NCBI GenBank assembly: GCA_020354105.1
Contig: CP070642.1
Location: forward strand, 1,670,691-1,711,074
Reading direction: 5' to 3'
DNA from: Chloroflexota bacterium
GTDB lineage: Bacteria > Chloroflexota > Dehalococcoidia > GIF9 > UBA5629
DNA length: 40,384 nt
Shown here in pieces: positions 27,161 to 36,863 of the stretch; the first letter of the stretch is position 1; every line of letters starts with the position of its first letter. A model generated the notes under the pieces. That model searched no databases and had not been told where the DNA came from. It saw only the letters and a list, made by a program, of their open reading frames with translations. Made by a program: the position numbers and the translations under genes.

Positions 27161-27991
27161 TTACCAAACGTTGGCCAGTGCAGGCATGCTGGCTCGTTCC
27201 ACCATGCTTATAGCTTCCTGAGAGCATTCTGTGGCGCAAAGCCCGCAGCCGAAGCACTGGAATGGATCAATATAAGCCTTGTTCTGTGTCGCGGAGAAGC
27301 TAAGTGCCTTGAACTGGCAGCGGTGAACGCATGAAGTGCAACCGTTACAAAGTTCATTATCGACCCGGGCGATATGATGTCCCTTCCACAAGAATTGTAT
27401 GCCGTGGTCGACCGTGGTCCTTATGGCGCTGCAGTCGGGGTAGTCGCAGTTGCAAATCCCGCCGATGTACGGGGTGCCGAAAGTAAACAGAGTTTGCACC
27501 AGGCCTCTCTTGTTCATCTTGGTGATAACATCCTTGGCTTCATCCGGCGCCAGGAACTGTATACCCCCTCGGTAAGTCTGAGGCCATCTCTCCCATTTAT
27601 ACATTCCCGTCCCCATCCCCATGCAGGTAAAGTTCTCTTCGTCGGGCAGACCCAGCATGGAACGCCGGCAGGCACAGGTCATAAGAGCGATTGGGTATAT
27701 AATATCTACAACCTTCAGCGTATCCTCCAGCGTAACAACCTGGCCAAAGTGTACCTTCCAGGCAAGCTGCTCCACATCGTGTCTCATCTTGGCAACGGCT
27801 TCATGGTCTTTCCTGTCCAGAGCCTCCAAAAAGCCCCGGTCGAGAAGTGACATTCCGCCGGCGACTACAGGATCGGGCTGTATCTCCGGACCCTCCTCCT
27901 TCCTGATTTTGTAGAGCTTTCTGGCATAGTTCGCCGGGTTGAAGTACCATCTCTCATGGCCTTCGGCATAGCGCTCGCACCATTCGCACAT
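27161..27991 (-). CDS. Cys-rich Fe-S protein: uncharacterised N-terminal domain plus C-terminal 2x[4Fe-4S] ferredoxin domain
   Basis: 276 aa. Begins MCEWC. Additional Cys at LMTCACRR, FTCMG and GGICNCDYPDCS. C-terminal CNGCTSCVHRC and CFGCGLCATEC dicluster motifs. AAGGAAGGA SD. Confidence 0.75.
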   Translation of the reverse strand: MCEWCERYAEGHERWYFNPANYARKLYKIRKEEGPEIQPDPVVAGGMSLLDRGFLEALDRKDHEAVAKMRHDVEQLAWKVHFGQVVTLEDTLKVVDIIYPIALMTCACRRSMLGLPDEENFTCMGMGTGMYKWERWPQTYRGGIQFLAPDEAKDVITKMNKRGLVQTLFTFGTPYIGGICNCDYPDCSAIRTTVDHGIQFLWKGHHIARVDNELCNGCTSCVHRCQFKALSFSATQNKAYIDPFQCFGCGLCATECSQEAISMVERASMPALANVW

Positions 27992-28082
27992 AGTTCTCGT
28001 CCTTCCTTATATATAGTTAATTGATAGGTAGGCTAACATATTTAGCTGTGGATCAGCCGGGCCATTGTTAAATCTCAATGAT

Positions 28083-28111
28083 AGTCTAGACTTGTCGGGT
28101 AGAATTGTCAA
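28083..28111 (-). promoter_or_regulatory. Sigma70-type promoter for the Fe-S operon
   Basis: On the minus strand: TTGACA (28111..28106), 17-nt spacer, TAGACT (28088..28083). Leader of about 85 nt to ATG 27991. Confidence 0.6.
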
Positions 28112-28115
28112 CGTG

Positions 28116-28144
28116 TTGACTTTGTTGTATACTTGTGTTATATT
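28116..28144 (+). promoter_or_regulatory. Strong extended -10 sigma70 promoter for the ribosomal super-operon (rpsL)
   Basis: TTGACT (28116-28121), 17-nt spacer ending TGT, TATATT (28139-28144). Confidence 0.7.
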
Positions 28145-28290
28145 GGTTTTTTGTGTCTACTAGCCATTAGTCTGGGTTTGGAAGACCTGATTAAGCCGGC
28201 TGGTTGAACCGGGACGCAAACCCGTTGGGGAAGTAGACCGGTGGACAACTAGGTGGCTTTTTAGTTGGGATAAATGGAAGGAATGGTGAA

Positions 28291-28788
28291 ATGCCCACGG
28301 TCAATCAGTTAGTTCGAAAAGGACGACGGAGGCTTGGCAAGCGAACCAAGGCTCCGGCGCTTGGCGTTACCTATAATACCCTGAAAAACAGAGTACGTAG
28401 GGATACAAACTCGCCGCAGAAGCGAGGAGTTTGTGTGCTGGTCAAGACAATGACTCCCAAAAAACCGAACTCTGCATTGCGCAAGATCGCTCGCGTGCGG
28501 TTGACCAACCAGATTGAAGTAACTGCTTATATACCTGGCGAAGGGCACAATTTGCAGGAGCACTCTGTGGTACTTATCCGTGGTGGCAGAGTCAAGGATT
28601 TGCCGGGGGTTCGCTACCATATTGTTCGAGGTGCTCTGGATACCGGTGGGGTGGAAAATCGGCAGCAGGGGCGAAGCAAGTACGGGGCTAAGCGCGGTAG
28701 AGCAGTGAGGATTGCGGGAGCAGGAGCGGGAGCGGAAACAGCAACGGAAGCAGCAACAGAAGCAGCAACGGGAGAGGGAGAGGAATAA
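28291..28788 (+). CDS. rpsL: Ribosomal protein S12 with a ~27-aa Ala/Gly/Thr/Glu C-terminal extension
   Basis: [66 protein letters not shown]. It then continues [30 protein letters not shown] up to a TAA that directly abuts the rpsG ATG. Confidence 0.95.
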   Translation: MPTVNQLVRKGRRRLGKRTKAPALGVTYNTLKNRVRRDTNSPQKRGVCVLVKTMTPKKPNSALRKIARVRLTNQIEVTAYIPGEGHNLQEHSVVLIRGGRVKDLPGVRYHIVRGALDTGGVENRQQGRSKYGAKRGRAVRIAGAGAGAETATEAATEAATGEGEE

Positions 28789-29259
28789 ATGCCAAGGCGA
28801 GCTAGAGTACTAAAGAGACAACCTTCACCTGACCCAAAATACGGGAACGTTACTGTGGCTATACTCATCAATAAAATAATGTTCGACGGCAAGAAAGCTA
28901 CAGCTGAGCGGATTGTTTACGATGCTATGGATTTGGTTAATAAGCAATTGGGCACAGAACCTCTGGAGGTTCTGGAACAGGCACTTAAGAATGCCACCCC
29001 ATTACTGCAAGTAAAGTCTCGGCGTGTCGGCGGCGCTACTTATCAGGTACCTATTGAGATTGAAACCGAACGCGGGTTATCCCTGGCTATGCGCTGGATA
29101 ATTGGCTTTGCCAGAGCCCGTAGCGGTAAGTCTATGGCGGAAAAATTAGCCGCGGAGATTATAGATGCTTCTCAAGGACAGGGGGCAAGTATCAAGAAGC
29201 GTCAGGATACCCATAAGATGGCTGAGGCAAATAAAGCTTTTGCTCATTATCGATGGTAA
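28789..29259 (+). CDS. rpsG: Ribosomal protein S7
   Basis: 156 aa. [36 protein letters not shown]-terminus. Confidence 0.95.
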   Translation: MPRRARVLKRQPSPDPKYGNVTVAILINKIMFDGKKATAERIVYDAMDLVNKQLGTEPLEVLEQALKNATPLLQVKSRRVGGATYQVPIEIETERGLSLAMRWIIGFARARSGKSMAEKLAAEIIDASQGQGASIKKRQDTHKMAEANKAFAHYRW

Positions 29260-29318
29260 CTACAGCAGGAATTAAGACCCAACGGCCTAAAAAAGCGGTG
29301 GGCACAGGAAACAATATT

Positions 29319-31397
29319 ATGACCCGGACTTTTCCTTTAGATAAGTTGCGGAACATAGGCATCATTGCACATATTGATGCTGGCAAGACAACTGTTACTG
29401 AGAGAATTTTGTTTTATACGGGCCGCACTTACAAGGTTGGTGAGGTGGACGAAGGTACAGCGGTAATGGATTGGATGGCGCAGGAGCGGGAACGGGGGAT
29501 TACTATCACCGCAGCAGCTACTACCTGTCACTGGCAGGAGCATCGCATAAATATCATTGATACGCCCGGGCACGTCGATTTTACTGCTGAAGTTGAGCGC
29601 AGTCTTCGGGTACTGGATGGTGGAGTGGTTGTGCTGGATGCCGTGGCTGGAGTAGAGGCCCAATCTGAGACAGTATGGCGACAGGCTGATAGATATGGTG
29701 TACCGAGGATCTGCTTTATAAACAAGATGGACAGGGTTGGTGCCGATTTCCAACACACCGTTAGTATGATTGAGGAGCGACTTCGAGCCAAAGCTATACC
29801 GCTACAGATGCCCTGGGGTGAGGAAAGTCAGTTTAAGGGCGTGATAGATTTAGTTGGCAATAGAGCCTGGTTGTTCTCTGATGACGTGAATGCTCCGAGA
29901 GTAGAATCGCCTATTCCAGAAGAGAAGAGAGAAGAGGTAGATAGCCAGAGACAGTCATTGATCGAGCAACTGGCTGAGAATGATGACCAATTGATGTTGC
30001 TTTATGTTGAAGGTGGGGAAATTCAGAGCAGCCAGATTAAAGCTGCAATAAGAAGGTTGACCTCGGCTAATCGGATAGTGCCTGTACTTTGTGGCAGCGC
30101 TTTGAAAAATAAAGGAATTCAAACCCTGCTCGATGCCATTGTGGATTATCTTCCTTCTCCGCTGGACGTACCTCCGGTTAATGTTATTGACTTGCAGACT
30201 GGGGAGGCGAATGTTAGACAAACCAGCGATGAAGCTCCGTTTTCAGCTTTAGCCTTTAAGGTGGTAGCTGACCCGTTCATGGGCAGGCTAGTTTATTTTC
30301 GGGTTTATTCAGGCAAGATCAAAGCGGGAATGCAAGTCCTCAATTCCAGCAAAGGACGGAAGGAGCGTTTGGGCAGGCTGATTCTTATGCATGCAAATCG
30401 GCGTGAAGAAATTGAAGAGACCGATACCGGTAGCATTGCAGCTACGCTGGGTCTGAAGGATACCTTCACCGGGGACACGTTGTGTGACCCAGCTCACCCG
30501 GTGCTTCTCGAAGCTATACGCTTCCCTGAGCCGGTGCTTTCCATGGTTGTAGAACCTAAAAGCAAGGCAGACCAGGATAAGCTTGGTGAAGCCATGAACA
30601 AGCTTTCGGAAGAAGACCCCACTTTCAAGGTGCGCACTGACAAGGAAACCGGGCAAACCCTTATTTCTGGGATGGGCGAATTACATTTGGAGGTTTTGAT
30701 AGACCGCATGCTTCGCGAGTTTAATGTGAAGGTGAATGTTGGCAAGCCACAAGTAGCCTATAAAGAGACCATTACTGTGCCTGCAGAAATAGAAGGTAGG
30801 TTTATCCGTCAGTTTGGTGGTCGAGGACAATACGGGCATGTATGGCTCAGACTTGAACCGGTAGAGCGGGGTAGCGGCTTCAGGTTTGTTGATCGGATTC
30901 GAGGTGGAGATGTACCGAAGGAATATATTCCAGCGGTCGAAGCCGGGGTTAGGGAGGCTTTGGAAACCGGTGTGGTGGCAGGTTATCCGATAGTAGATAT
31001 CAAGGCAACTCTGTTTGATGGTAGCTTCCATGAAGTTGATTCCTCTGAGCTGGCGTTCAAAATGGCAGGCTCCATAGCTTTGAAAGATGGTGTCAGGAAG
31101 GCCAATCCCGTACTACTCGAGCCAATTATGAAATTAGAGGTGGTGATGCCAGCTGAGTTCTTGGGCGACGTCATCGGCGATTTGAATTCAAAGAGGGGTC
31201 ATGTTGAGGGAATTGAGACACATGGTGAGACGAGTGTTGTTCATGCTCTCGTTCCTCTAGCTGAAACTTTCGGTTATGCTACTATCCTGAGGTCGTTGAG
31301 CCAGGGTAGAGCAACCTATTCCTTGGAATTTAATTGTTATAGAGAGTTACCGGCTAGCCTGGCGGGGCAAATAGAGGTTAAGGTCAGAGGTAAATAA
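29319..31397 (+). CDS. fusA: Elongation factor G
   Basis: Start at ATG 29319 ([25 protein letters not shown]), preferred over the track's 29253, which overlaps rpsG. G motifs [17 protein letters not shown]. Confidence 0.95.
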   Translation: MTRTFPLDKLRNIGIIAHIDAGKTTVTERILFYTGRTYKVGEVDEGTAVMDWMAQERERGITITAAATTCHWQEHRINIIDTPGHVDFTAEVERSLRVLDGGVVVLDAVAGVEAQSETVWRQADRYGVPRICFINKMDRVGADFQHTVSMIEERLRAKAIPLQMPWGEESQFKGVIDLVGNRAWLFSDDVNAPRVESPIPEEKREEVDSQRQSLIEQLAENDDQLMLLYVEGGEIQSSQIKAAIRRLTSANRIVPVLCGSALKNKGIQTLLDAIVDYLPSPLDVPPVNVIDLQTGEANVRQTSDEAPFSALAFKVVADPFMGRLVYFRVYSGKIKAGMQVLNSSKGRKERLGRLILMHANRREEIEETDTGSIAATLGLKDTFTGDTLCDPAHPVLLEAIRFPEPVLSMVVEPKSKADQDKLGEAMNKLSEEDPTFKVRTDKETGQTLISGMGELHLEVLIDRMLREFNVKVNVGKPQVAYKETITVPAEIEGRFIRQFGGRGQYGHVWLRLEPVERGSGFRFVDRIRGGDVPKEYIPAVEAGVREALETGVVAGYPIVDIKATLFDGSFHEVDSSELAFKMAGSIALKDGVRKANPVLLEPIMKLEVVMPAEFLGDVIGDLNSKRGHVEGIETHGETSVVHALVPLAETFGYATILRSLSQGRATYSLEFNCYRELPASLAGQIEVKVRGK

Positions 31398-31706
31398 ATG
31401 CCTAAGCAAAAGATTAGAATCAAAGTCAGAGGATATGACCATAGACTGGTTGACCAGTCCGTGGAGCAAATTGTGGAGACTGCCGAGCGTACTGGTGCTG
31501 TGATTGCTGGCCCCGTACCTCTACCAACACAGATCGAAAAGTTTTGTGTTATTCGCTCCCCGCATATCGACAAAGATTCAAGAGAACAATTTGAGATTCG
31601 CACACATAAGCGTCTTATTGATATCCTTGGGCCAACCTCTAAAACTATAGATGCGTTGACTCAGCTTCAACTCCCGTCTGGGGTGGAAATAGACATTAGA
31701 TTGTAG
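31398..31706 (+). CDS. rpsJ: Ribosomal protein S10
   Basis: 102 aa. [39 protein letters not shown]. The ATG directly follows the fusA TAA. Confidence 0.95.
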   Translation: MPKQKIRIKVRGYDHRLVDQSVEQIVETAERTGAVIAGPVPLPTQIEKFCVIRSPHIDKDSREQFEIRTHKRLIDILGPTSKTIDALTQLQLPSGVEIDIRL

Positions 31707-31714
31707 CCAGGGAA

Positions 31715-32332
31715 ATGATTAAGGGTACTATTGGTAGAAAAATAGGCATGATGCAGCTTTTCCGTGATGATGGGGAAGTGGTGGTGACAGCTATTGAAGC
31801 AGGCCCTTGCTTTGTTACTCAGGTAAAGACCGAGGCTAAGGATGGTTATAATGCTGTCCAGCTTGGATTTGGGGAAACCAAGCTGCTTAATTCTCCACAG
31901 AAAGGTCATCTTAAGGAGATAGGGCAGTTCAAGCATCTCCGCGAGTTTAGCGTTGATGATGTCGATTCTGTTCAAGTTGGCCAGAAAATTGATGTAGATA
32001 TGTTTAAATCCGGAGATTTACTTAATGTTACTGGCATATCAAAAGGCAAAGGTTTTGCGGGCGTAGTTAAGCGCCATCATTTTGCTGGTGGACCTAAGAC
32101 ACACGGGCAGTCCGACCGTCATCGAGCTCCTGGCTCGATTGGTGCCACTACATCTCCAGGGCGCGTATTTAAAGGAACCCGCATGGCCGGGCACATGGGT
32201 GATAGGCGAGTGACGACGCGTAATATTAAGGTACTCGAAGTTGATTTGGATCGCCACCTGTTGCTGGTGAAAGGAGCAGTGCCCGGTGCCAGGAAGGGAT
32301 TGTTGTTGATTAAGAAAGCTGGTGTGGGGTAA
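31715..32332 (+). CDS. rplC: Ribosomal protein L3
   Basis: 205 aa. GRKIGMMQLF, GKGFAGVVKRHHF.GGP.THGQSDRHRAPGSIG. Confidence 0.95.
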   Translation: MIKGTIGRKIGMMQLFRDDGEVVVTAIEAGPCFVTQVKTEAKDGYNAVQLGFGETKLLNSPQKGHLKEIGQFKHLREFSVDDVDSVQVGQKIDVDMFKSGDLLNVTGISKGKGFAGVVKRHHFAGGPKTHGQSDRHRAPGSIGATTSPGRVFKGTRMAGHMGDRRVTTRNIKVLEVDLDRHLLLVKGAVPGARKGLLLIKKAGVG

Positions 32333-32337
32333 GCAGA

Positions 32338-32994
32338 ATGCAAGTCCAGGTTTATAATTTGAAGGGTAAGACAACCAAGCAGCTCGAAATAAGTGATGAT
32401 GTTTTTGCTGTGCCCTTTAATGAGGCTGTTGTACATCAGGCGTTAGTCCGGCAGCTAGCTAATCGTCGCCTGGGGACTGTTGATACCAAGAAGAGAGGCG
32501 AGGTTAGGGGAAGCACCAGGAAACTTTTTGCTCAAAAGCATACCGGGAGGGCACGTCGTGGCGATATCAGGTCGCCCATGCTTGTAGGAGGAGGCGTTGC
32601 TTTTGGACCTCATCCTCGAAGCTACCGGCAGGCCTTGCCCCGGAAAATGCGGCTTTTGGCTTTGAGGTGCGTTCTTTCAGCTAAAGCAGGTAGCGGAGAA
32701 TTGAAAATTGTGGACAAGCTTGAACTTGATAGCCCAAAAACCAGGGCAGTGCTGGATATGTTGATAGCCCTTGGGATTAGTGATTCTGCAATTATCGCTA
32801 CCGCTGAAGTTGAGGCTAATCTGATTAAATCAGCGCGGAACCTAATGGGCGTTAAGACGATGCTGGCACCTTTGCTTAGCGTAGCTGAATTACTTTCATA
32901 TAAATATATAATAATGACTGTGGATGCGGTGCGGAAGGTGGAAGAGCTGTGGGGTGAAAAGTCAGTCCCGGAGGTAGTGGGTAATGTCAGCTAA
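32338..32994 (+). CDS. rplD: Ribosomal protein L4
   Basis: 218 aa. VHQALVRQLANRRLGT..TK.RGEVRGS.RK...QKHTGRAR.G motif. Confidence 0.93.
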   Translation: MQVQVYNLKGKTTKQLEISDDVFAVPFNEAVVHQALVRQLANRRLGTVDTKKRGEVRGSTRKLFAQKHTGRARRGDIRSPMLVGGGVAFGPHPRSYRQALPRKMRLLALRCVLSAKAGSGELKIVDKLELDSPKTRAVLDMLIALGISDSAIIATAEVEANLIKSARNLMGVKTMLAPLLSVAELLSYKYIIMTVDAVRKVEELWGEKSVPEVVGNVS

Positions 32995-33020
32995 GACAAG
33001 GGCTTGGAGTTTATTTAGAC

Positions 33021-33305
33021 ATGCATCTCTATGAAGTAGTAAGGCGGCCTTTAATCACTGAAAAGGCTACCATGATGAAAGAACAGAACAGGTATGCCTT
33101 TGAGGTGGCAAATGAGGCTAACAGACGCCAAATTAAGGAGGCTGTTGAGGAGGGATTTAAGGTTAATGTGGTTAGAGTTAGGGTGATGAATGTCCCGGGT
33201 AAGATGAGAAGAATAGGCAGACGGTATGTCATGACTCCAACATGGAAGAAAGCAATTGTTACCCTGGAAGCAGGTCAGAAAATAGAGTTCTTTGAAGGCG
33301 TTTAA
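33021..33305 (+). CDS. rplW: Ribosomal protein L23
   Basis: 94 aa. RPLITEKAT, FEV...ANRRQIKEAVEE.F.V.V..V, KKAIVTL. Confidence 0.93.
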   Translation: MHLYEVVRRPLITEKATMMKEQNRYAFEVANEANRRQIKEAVEEGFKVNVVRVRVMNVPGKMRRIGRRYVMTPTWKKAIVTLEAGQKIEFFEGV

Positions 33306-33324
33306 TAAGATAGGGGATGTAAAA

Positions 33325-33420
33325 TTGGGCTCAGTTATCAAGAAACGGAAAAAGAAGATGGCGAAGCATAAGCATCGCAAACTCCTGAAAAAGACTAGAT
33401 GGCAAAGGAGGCATCCCTAG
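33325..33420 (+). CDS. bS22-like small basic ribosomal protein (AURKAIP1/COX24-domain micro-protein), 31 aa
   Basis: Not in the ORF track. TTG 33325 preceded by AGGGGA (33312-33317). Translation (M)[30 protein letters not shown], then TAG. Near-identical in pattern to mycobacterial bS22 as I recall it ([33 protein letters not shown]). Confidence 0.75.
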   Translation: [31 protein letters not shown]

Positions 33421-33439
33421 AAGTAGGGTGAAATAAGCT

Positions 33440-34261
33440 GTGGCATTGAAAACCTATCGTCCAACATCACCGGGCAGGCGGGGCATGGTTAGCGCCTCTT
33501 TTGAGGAGATAACCAAGACGGTTCCCGAGAGGTCACTATTGTTGCCAATTAGGAAAAGGGCAGGGCGTAACAATAGGGGCGTAGTAACCGTGCGACATCG
33601 CGGTGGTGGTGCTAAACGCAGATTGCGAATAATTGATTTCAAGCGAGATAAGCAAGGTGTTCAGGGTAAGGTGGCGGCCATAGAGTATGACCCCAATCGC
33701 TCAGCTCGTATTGCTCTCATTCATTATGTGGATGGAGAGAAACGTTACATTCTAGCCCCTCTGGGACTCAAGGTGGGTGACGTTATAATGGCGGGGGAAG
33801 ATGCGGGTATAAAGCCGGGTAATGCCTTGCCGCTAGGTTCGATGCCAGATGGAACTTTGATTCATAATCTTGAATTTGAGCCTGGAAAAGGTGGTCAGAT
33901 AGTGCGTAGTGCCGGTACAGCGGCACAGCTTTTGGGCAAGGAGGGCAAATATTCGCTTGTTCGTTTGCCTTCTGGTGAGGTAAGGCGTTTTTTGAGTAAT
34001 TGTTTGGCTACTGTAGGGCAATTGGGCAATGTTGAGCATCAGGGCATAAGGTTGGGCAAGGCCGGACGTACAAGATTGCTAGGAAGACGTCCGCAGGTTC
34101 GTGGTTCAGCCATGACACCACGTGATCATCCCCATGGTGGAGGCGAAGGTAGAGCTCCTCGGGGAATGACACCTAGCACGCCGTGGGGTAAGCCGGCTTT
34201 AGGGCCGAAGACGCGTGTTAACAAAGCTTCAGATAGATTGATAGTCAAGCGTCGGAAATAG
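33440..34261 (+). CDS. rplB: Ribosomal protein L2
   Basis: 273 aa, GTG start. [36 protein letters not shown]. Confidence 0.95.
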   Translation: MALKTYRPTSPGRRGMVSASFEEITKTVPERSLLLPIRKRAGRNNRGVVTVRHRGGGAKRRLRIIDFKRDKQGVQGKVAAIEYDPNRSARIALIHYVDGEKRYILAPLGLKVGDVIMAGEDAGIKPGNALPLGSMPDGTLIHNLEFEPGKGGQIVRSAGTAAQLLGKEGKYSLVRLPSGEVRRFLSNCLATVGQLGNVEHQGIRLGKAGRTRLLGRRPQVRGSAMTPRDHPHGGGEGRAPRGMTPSTPWGKPALGPKTRVNKASDRLIVKRRK

Positions 34262-34286
34262 AAAGGTATTTGAAAAGGCAGGAAAA

Positions 34287-34580
34287 ATGTCACGCTCATC
34301 TAAAAAAGGTCCTTACTGTGACGCTAAGTTACTTAAAAAAATAAAGGCGCTTAATAGCTCTGGGGAGAAGGTAGTTATAAAGACCTGGGCTCGTGCTTCT
34401 ACTGTTATGCCGGAGATGATAGGTCATACAATAGGGGTGCACGATGGTCGACGGCATGTACCCATCTTTATAACTGAGAATATGGTAGGGCACAAACTGG
34501 GAGAATTCGCTATGACCCGGACGTTTCGCGGTCATGTTAGTAAGGCGCAAATAGCTGTTCAGGCGAGAAAGCAGGCATAG
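34287..34580 (+). CDS. rpsS: Ribosomal protein S19
   Basis: 97 aa. [45 protein letters not shown]. Confidence 0.95.
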   Translation: MSRSSKKGPYCDAKLLKKIKALNSSGEKVVIKTWARASTVMPEMIGHTIGVHDGRRHVPIFITENMVGHKLGEFAMTRTFRGHVSKAQIAVQARKQA

Positions 34581-34588
34581 TTTAGAAG

Positions 34589-34939
34589 ATGAAAGTAGTA
34601 GCTATATCTAAAGATGTTCGTGTCTCGTCTCGTAAAGTTAAATTGGTTGTAGATACGGTACGGGGCAAAAAGGTAGATGAGGCGTTGACTATTCTTAAGT
34701 TCTTGCCGACGCCGGCAGCTCAGGCTGTAGCCAAGGCAGTTAAATCGGCGGCGGCAAATGCGGAGAACAATTTCCAAATGGAACCTACTGAACTTAAAAT
34801 AACCGATATTTTTGCTGATGAGGGACATACCTTCAAAAGATTCCGGCCACAAGCCAGAGGACGGGTTAATCCTATTTTGAAACGCTGCACTCATATCAGC
34901 GTTTTCGTCGCTGAGGAGGAAGAAAACAGTGGGACATAA
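34589..34939 (+). CDS. rplV: Ribosomal protein L22
   Basis: 116 aa. RVSSRKVKLVVDTVRGKKVDEAL.IL.F and GPT.KRFRPQARGR. Confidence 0.93.
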   Translation: MKVVAISKDVRVSSRKVKLVVDTVRGKKVDEALTILKFLPTPAAQAVAKAVKSAAANAENNFQMEPTELKITDIFADEGHTFKRFRPQARGRVNPILKRCTHISVFVAEEEENSGT

Positions 34940-35600
34940 AGTTCACCCTTACGGTTTCCGAATTGGTGTAATTCGGGGTTGGTATGCTAAATGGTATGAT
35001 CAGAAACATTATACCGAGTTTCTGCATGAAGATTTAAAGATGCGTAAGGCTATTCAGGAGAGGTGCACTGATGGTGGCGTTGCCAAGGTTGAAATAGACC
35101 ACCAGGGCAATGAGATTCTAGTGACTTTGTATTCCTCGCGTCCTGGTATTGTTATTGGTAGGGGAGGACAGCGTGCTGAAGAGCTGAGGTCGCATTTAGA
35201 AAGTATATGTGGCAAGAGAGTGCGACTATCTATTAAAGAAGTAGAGCAACCCGAGCTTGATGCTCGTTTGGTGGCTAGGAATGTGGCTGACCAGCTTGAA
35301 CGCCGGATGGCTTTCAGGAGAGCGATGAAACAAACAGCTTTTCGGACGATGCAGGCTGGTGCTAAAGGAGTGAAGATAAGCTGTGCTGGAAGGTTAGGTG
35401 GTGTTGAGATTGCTCGTCGTGAAACCACCCTCCAGGGGCAGTTACCGTTACATACACTTTGTGCTGATATCGATTATGGTTTTGCTGAAGCCCGCACTAC
35501 GCTGGGCAATATTGGAGTTAAAGTCTGGGTTTACAAAGGTCATGTTTATCCTGAAGTAAGGAGAGAAAGTGTTACAGCCGAAACGGGTGAAGTATCGTAA
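34929..35600 (+). CDS. rpsC: Ribosomal protein S3
   Basis: 223 aa, GTG start. [13 protein letters not shown] domain, GRLGG.EIAR.E. Overlaps rplV by 11 nt. Confidence 0.95.
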   Translation: MGHKVHPYGFRIGVIRGWYAKWYDQKHYTEFLHEDLKMRKAIQERCTDGGVAKVEIDHQGNEILVTLYSSRPGIVIGRGGQRAEELRSHLESICGKRVRLSIKEVEQPELDARLVARNVADQLERRMAFRRAMKQTAFRTMQAGAKGVKISCAGRLGGVEIARRETTLQGQLPLHTLCADIDYGFAEARTTLGNIGVKVWVYKGHVYPEVRRESVTAETGEVS

Positions 35601-36000
35601 AACTCATCGAGGGCAGATGAAAGGTAAGGCGCATGCCGGAAGCGCTATTGTTTTCGGTGAGTTCGGACTGCAGGCTCAGGAAGCGGCGTGGATAACAGCC
35701 AGGCAGATTGAAGCTGCTCGCCGTGTAATCGTTCGTTATTTACGTCGGGGTGGTCAGATGTGGATCAGAATCTTTCCGGATAAGTCGGTGACCAAGAAGC
35801 CAGCAGAGACGAGAATGGGTAGCGGTAAGGGTGCTCCAGACCACTGGGTAGCTGTAGTCAGACCGGGGAGAATGCTATTCGAAATAGGTGGCATAAAAGA
35901 AAACATGGCTCGGGAAGCATTGCATCTAGCTTCTTATAAACTACCTATTGCGACCAGGTTTGTAGTAAAAGAGACAGTTAAAGAAGGAGCGAGAAGTTGA
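35569..36000 (+). CDS. rplP: Ribosomal protein L16
   Basis: 143 aa, GTG start. [35 protein letters not shown]. Overlaps the rpsC 3' end by 32 nt. Confidence 0.93.
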   Translation: MLQPKRVKYRKTHRGQMKGKAHAGSAIVFGEFGLQAQEAAWITARQIEAARRVIVRYLRRGGQMWIRIFPDKSVTKKPAETRMGSGKGAPDHWVAVVRPGRMLFEIGGIKENMAREALHLASYKLPIATRFVVKETVKEGARS

Positions 36001-36194
36001 AAGTTGAAGAGATTCGTTCCTTCAGCGACGCGGAGCTAGTTAAGCGGTTAACAGAGGCTCGTCAGGAGCTTTTCAACTTACGACTTCGTATGGCTACTCG
36101 GCAGTTGGCTAATCACCGTGAGTTGCCCAGAGTCAAGAAGAGAATCGCCCGAATAGAGACCATAATGAGAGAGAGGGAGTTTGGCATAAGATAG
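35997..36194 (+). CDS. rpmC: Ribosomal protein L29
   Basis: 65 aa, TTG start overlapping the rplP TGA. EL...[10 protein letters not shown]...ATRQL.N pattern. Confidence 0.9.
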   Translation: MKVEEIRSFSDAELVKRLTEARQELFNLRLRMATRQLANHRELPRVKKRIARIETIMREREFGIR

Positions 36195-36197
36195 CTT

Positions 36198-36479
36198 ATG
36201 AAAGAGAAACGGAAAACCAGAACCGGAAGGGTAATAAGCGATAAGATGGATAAAACGGTGGTGGTATTGGTTGAAAGCCTAAGGCGTCATCCTCTTTACA
36301 AAAAGGTAGTCAGGCATACCTCTAAATTCAAAGTCCATGATGAGACTAATGCCTGCAAGATTGGTGATGTAGTGAAGATTATTGAGACTCGCCCTTTGTC
36401 TAAGGATAAACGCTGGCGAGTGGTAAATATAATAAGCAGGAAGGAAGTGGTTGAGGTCGAGTCTGCTGAGATAATATAA
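36198..36479 (+). CDS. rpsQ: Ribosomal protein S17
   Basis: 93 aa. [16 protein letters not shown]....HPLYKK......K...HDE.N....GD.V.I.E.RPLSK.KRW. Confidence 0.93.
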   Translation: MKEKRKTRTGRVISDKMDKTVVVLVESLRRHPLYKKVVRHTSKFKVHDETNACKIGDVVKIIETRPLSKDKRWRVVNIISRKEVVEVESAEII

Positions 36480-36493
36480 AGAGATAAGGGATA

Positions 36494-36862
36494 ATGATTC
36501 AGCCTTACACTAGACTTAAAGTGGCAGATAATACTGGAGCCAGACAGGTTATGTGCATAAACGTGCCTGGTGGCACGCGGAGAAGATATGCTACTGTTGG
36601 CGATATTTTTGTGGGTACAGTGAAGCGGGCCATACCTGGTGGTGTGGTGAAAAAGGGCGATGTTGTGAAGGCAGTGGTTGTGCGCATAGCTAAACAACAT
36701 CATCGACCAGATGGGTCTTATATTAGATTTGATGATAATGCTGCGGTTATCTTGGATGATAAAAATAATCCTAAAGGCACCCGCATTTTTGGTCCGGTGG
36801 CTAGAGAGCTTCGAGATAGGAATTTCATGAAGATAATATCGTTGGCTCCTGAGGTTCTGTGA
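36494..36862 (+). CDS. rplN: Ribosomal protein L14
   Basis: 122 aa. [17 protein letters not shown]...[26 protein letters not shown]. Confidence 0.95.
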   Translation: MIQPYTRLKVADNTGARQVMCINVPGGTRRRYATVGDIFVGTVKRAIPGGVVKKGDVVKAVVVRIAKQHHRPDGSYIRFDDNAAVILDDKNNPKGTRIFGPVARELRDRNFMKIISLAPEVL

Positions 36863-36863
36863 G

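Noticed and set aside
28360-28410. An apparent ~13-aa insertion in S12 ([16 protein letters not shown]) relative to E. coli.
   Set aside because: The same insertion is normal in Gram-positive-type S12, for example in Bacillus, so it is not unusual.
28614-28892. A minus-strand 92-aa ORF across the rpsL/rpsG junction, and the repeat-like DNA at 28711-28785 as a possible CRISPR array or tandem-repeat locus.
   Set aside because: The repeats are short (6-12 nt), imperfect and in frame with rpsL, encoding low-complexity A/T/E residues. There is no spacer-repeat architecture. The antisense ORF is a by-product of the GC-rich repeat.
29253-29318. The track's upstream start for fusA, which adds 22 aa ([22 protein letters not shown]).
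   Set aside because: It overlaps the rpsG stop. The extension is not EF-G-like, and ATG 29319 gives the canonical N-terminus just before the AHIDAGKT G1 motif.
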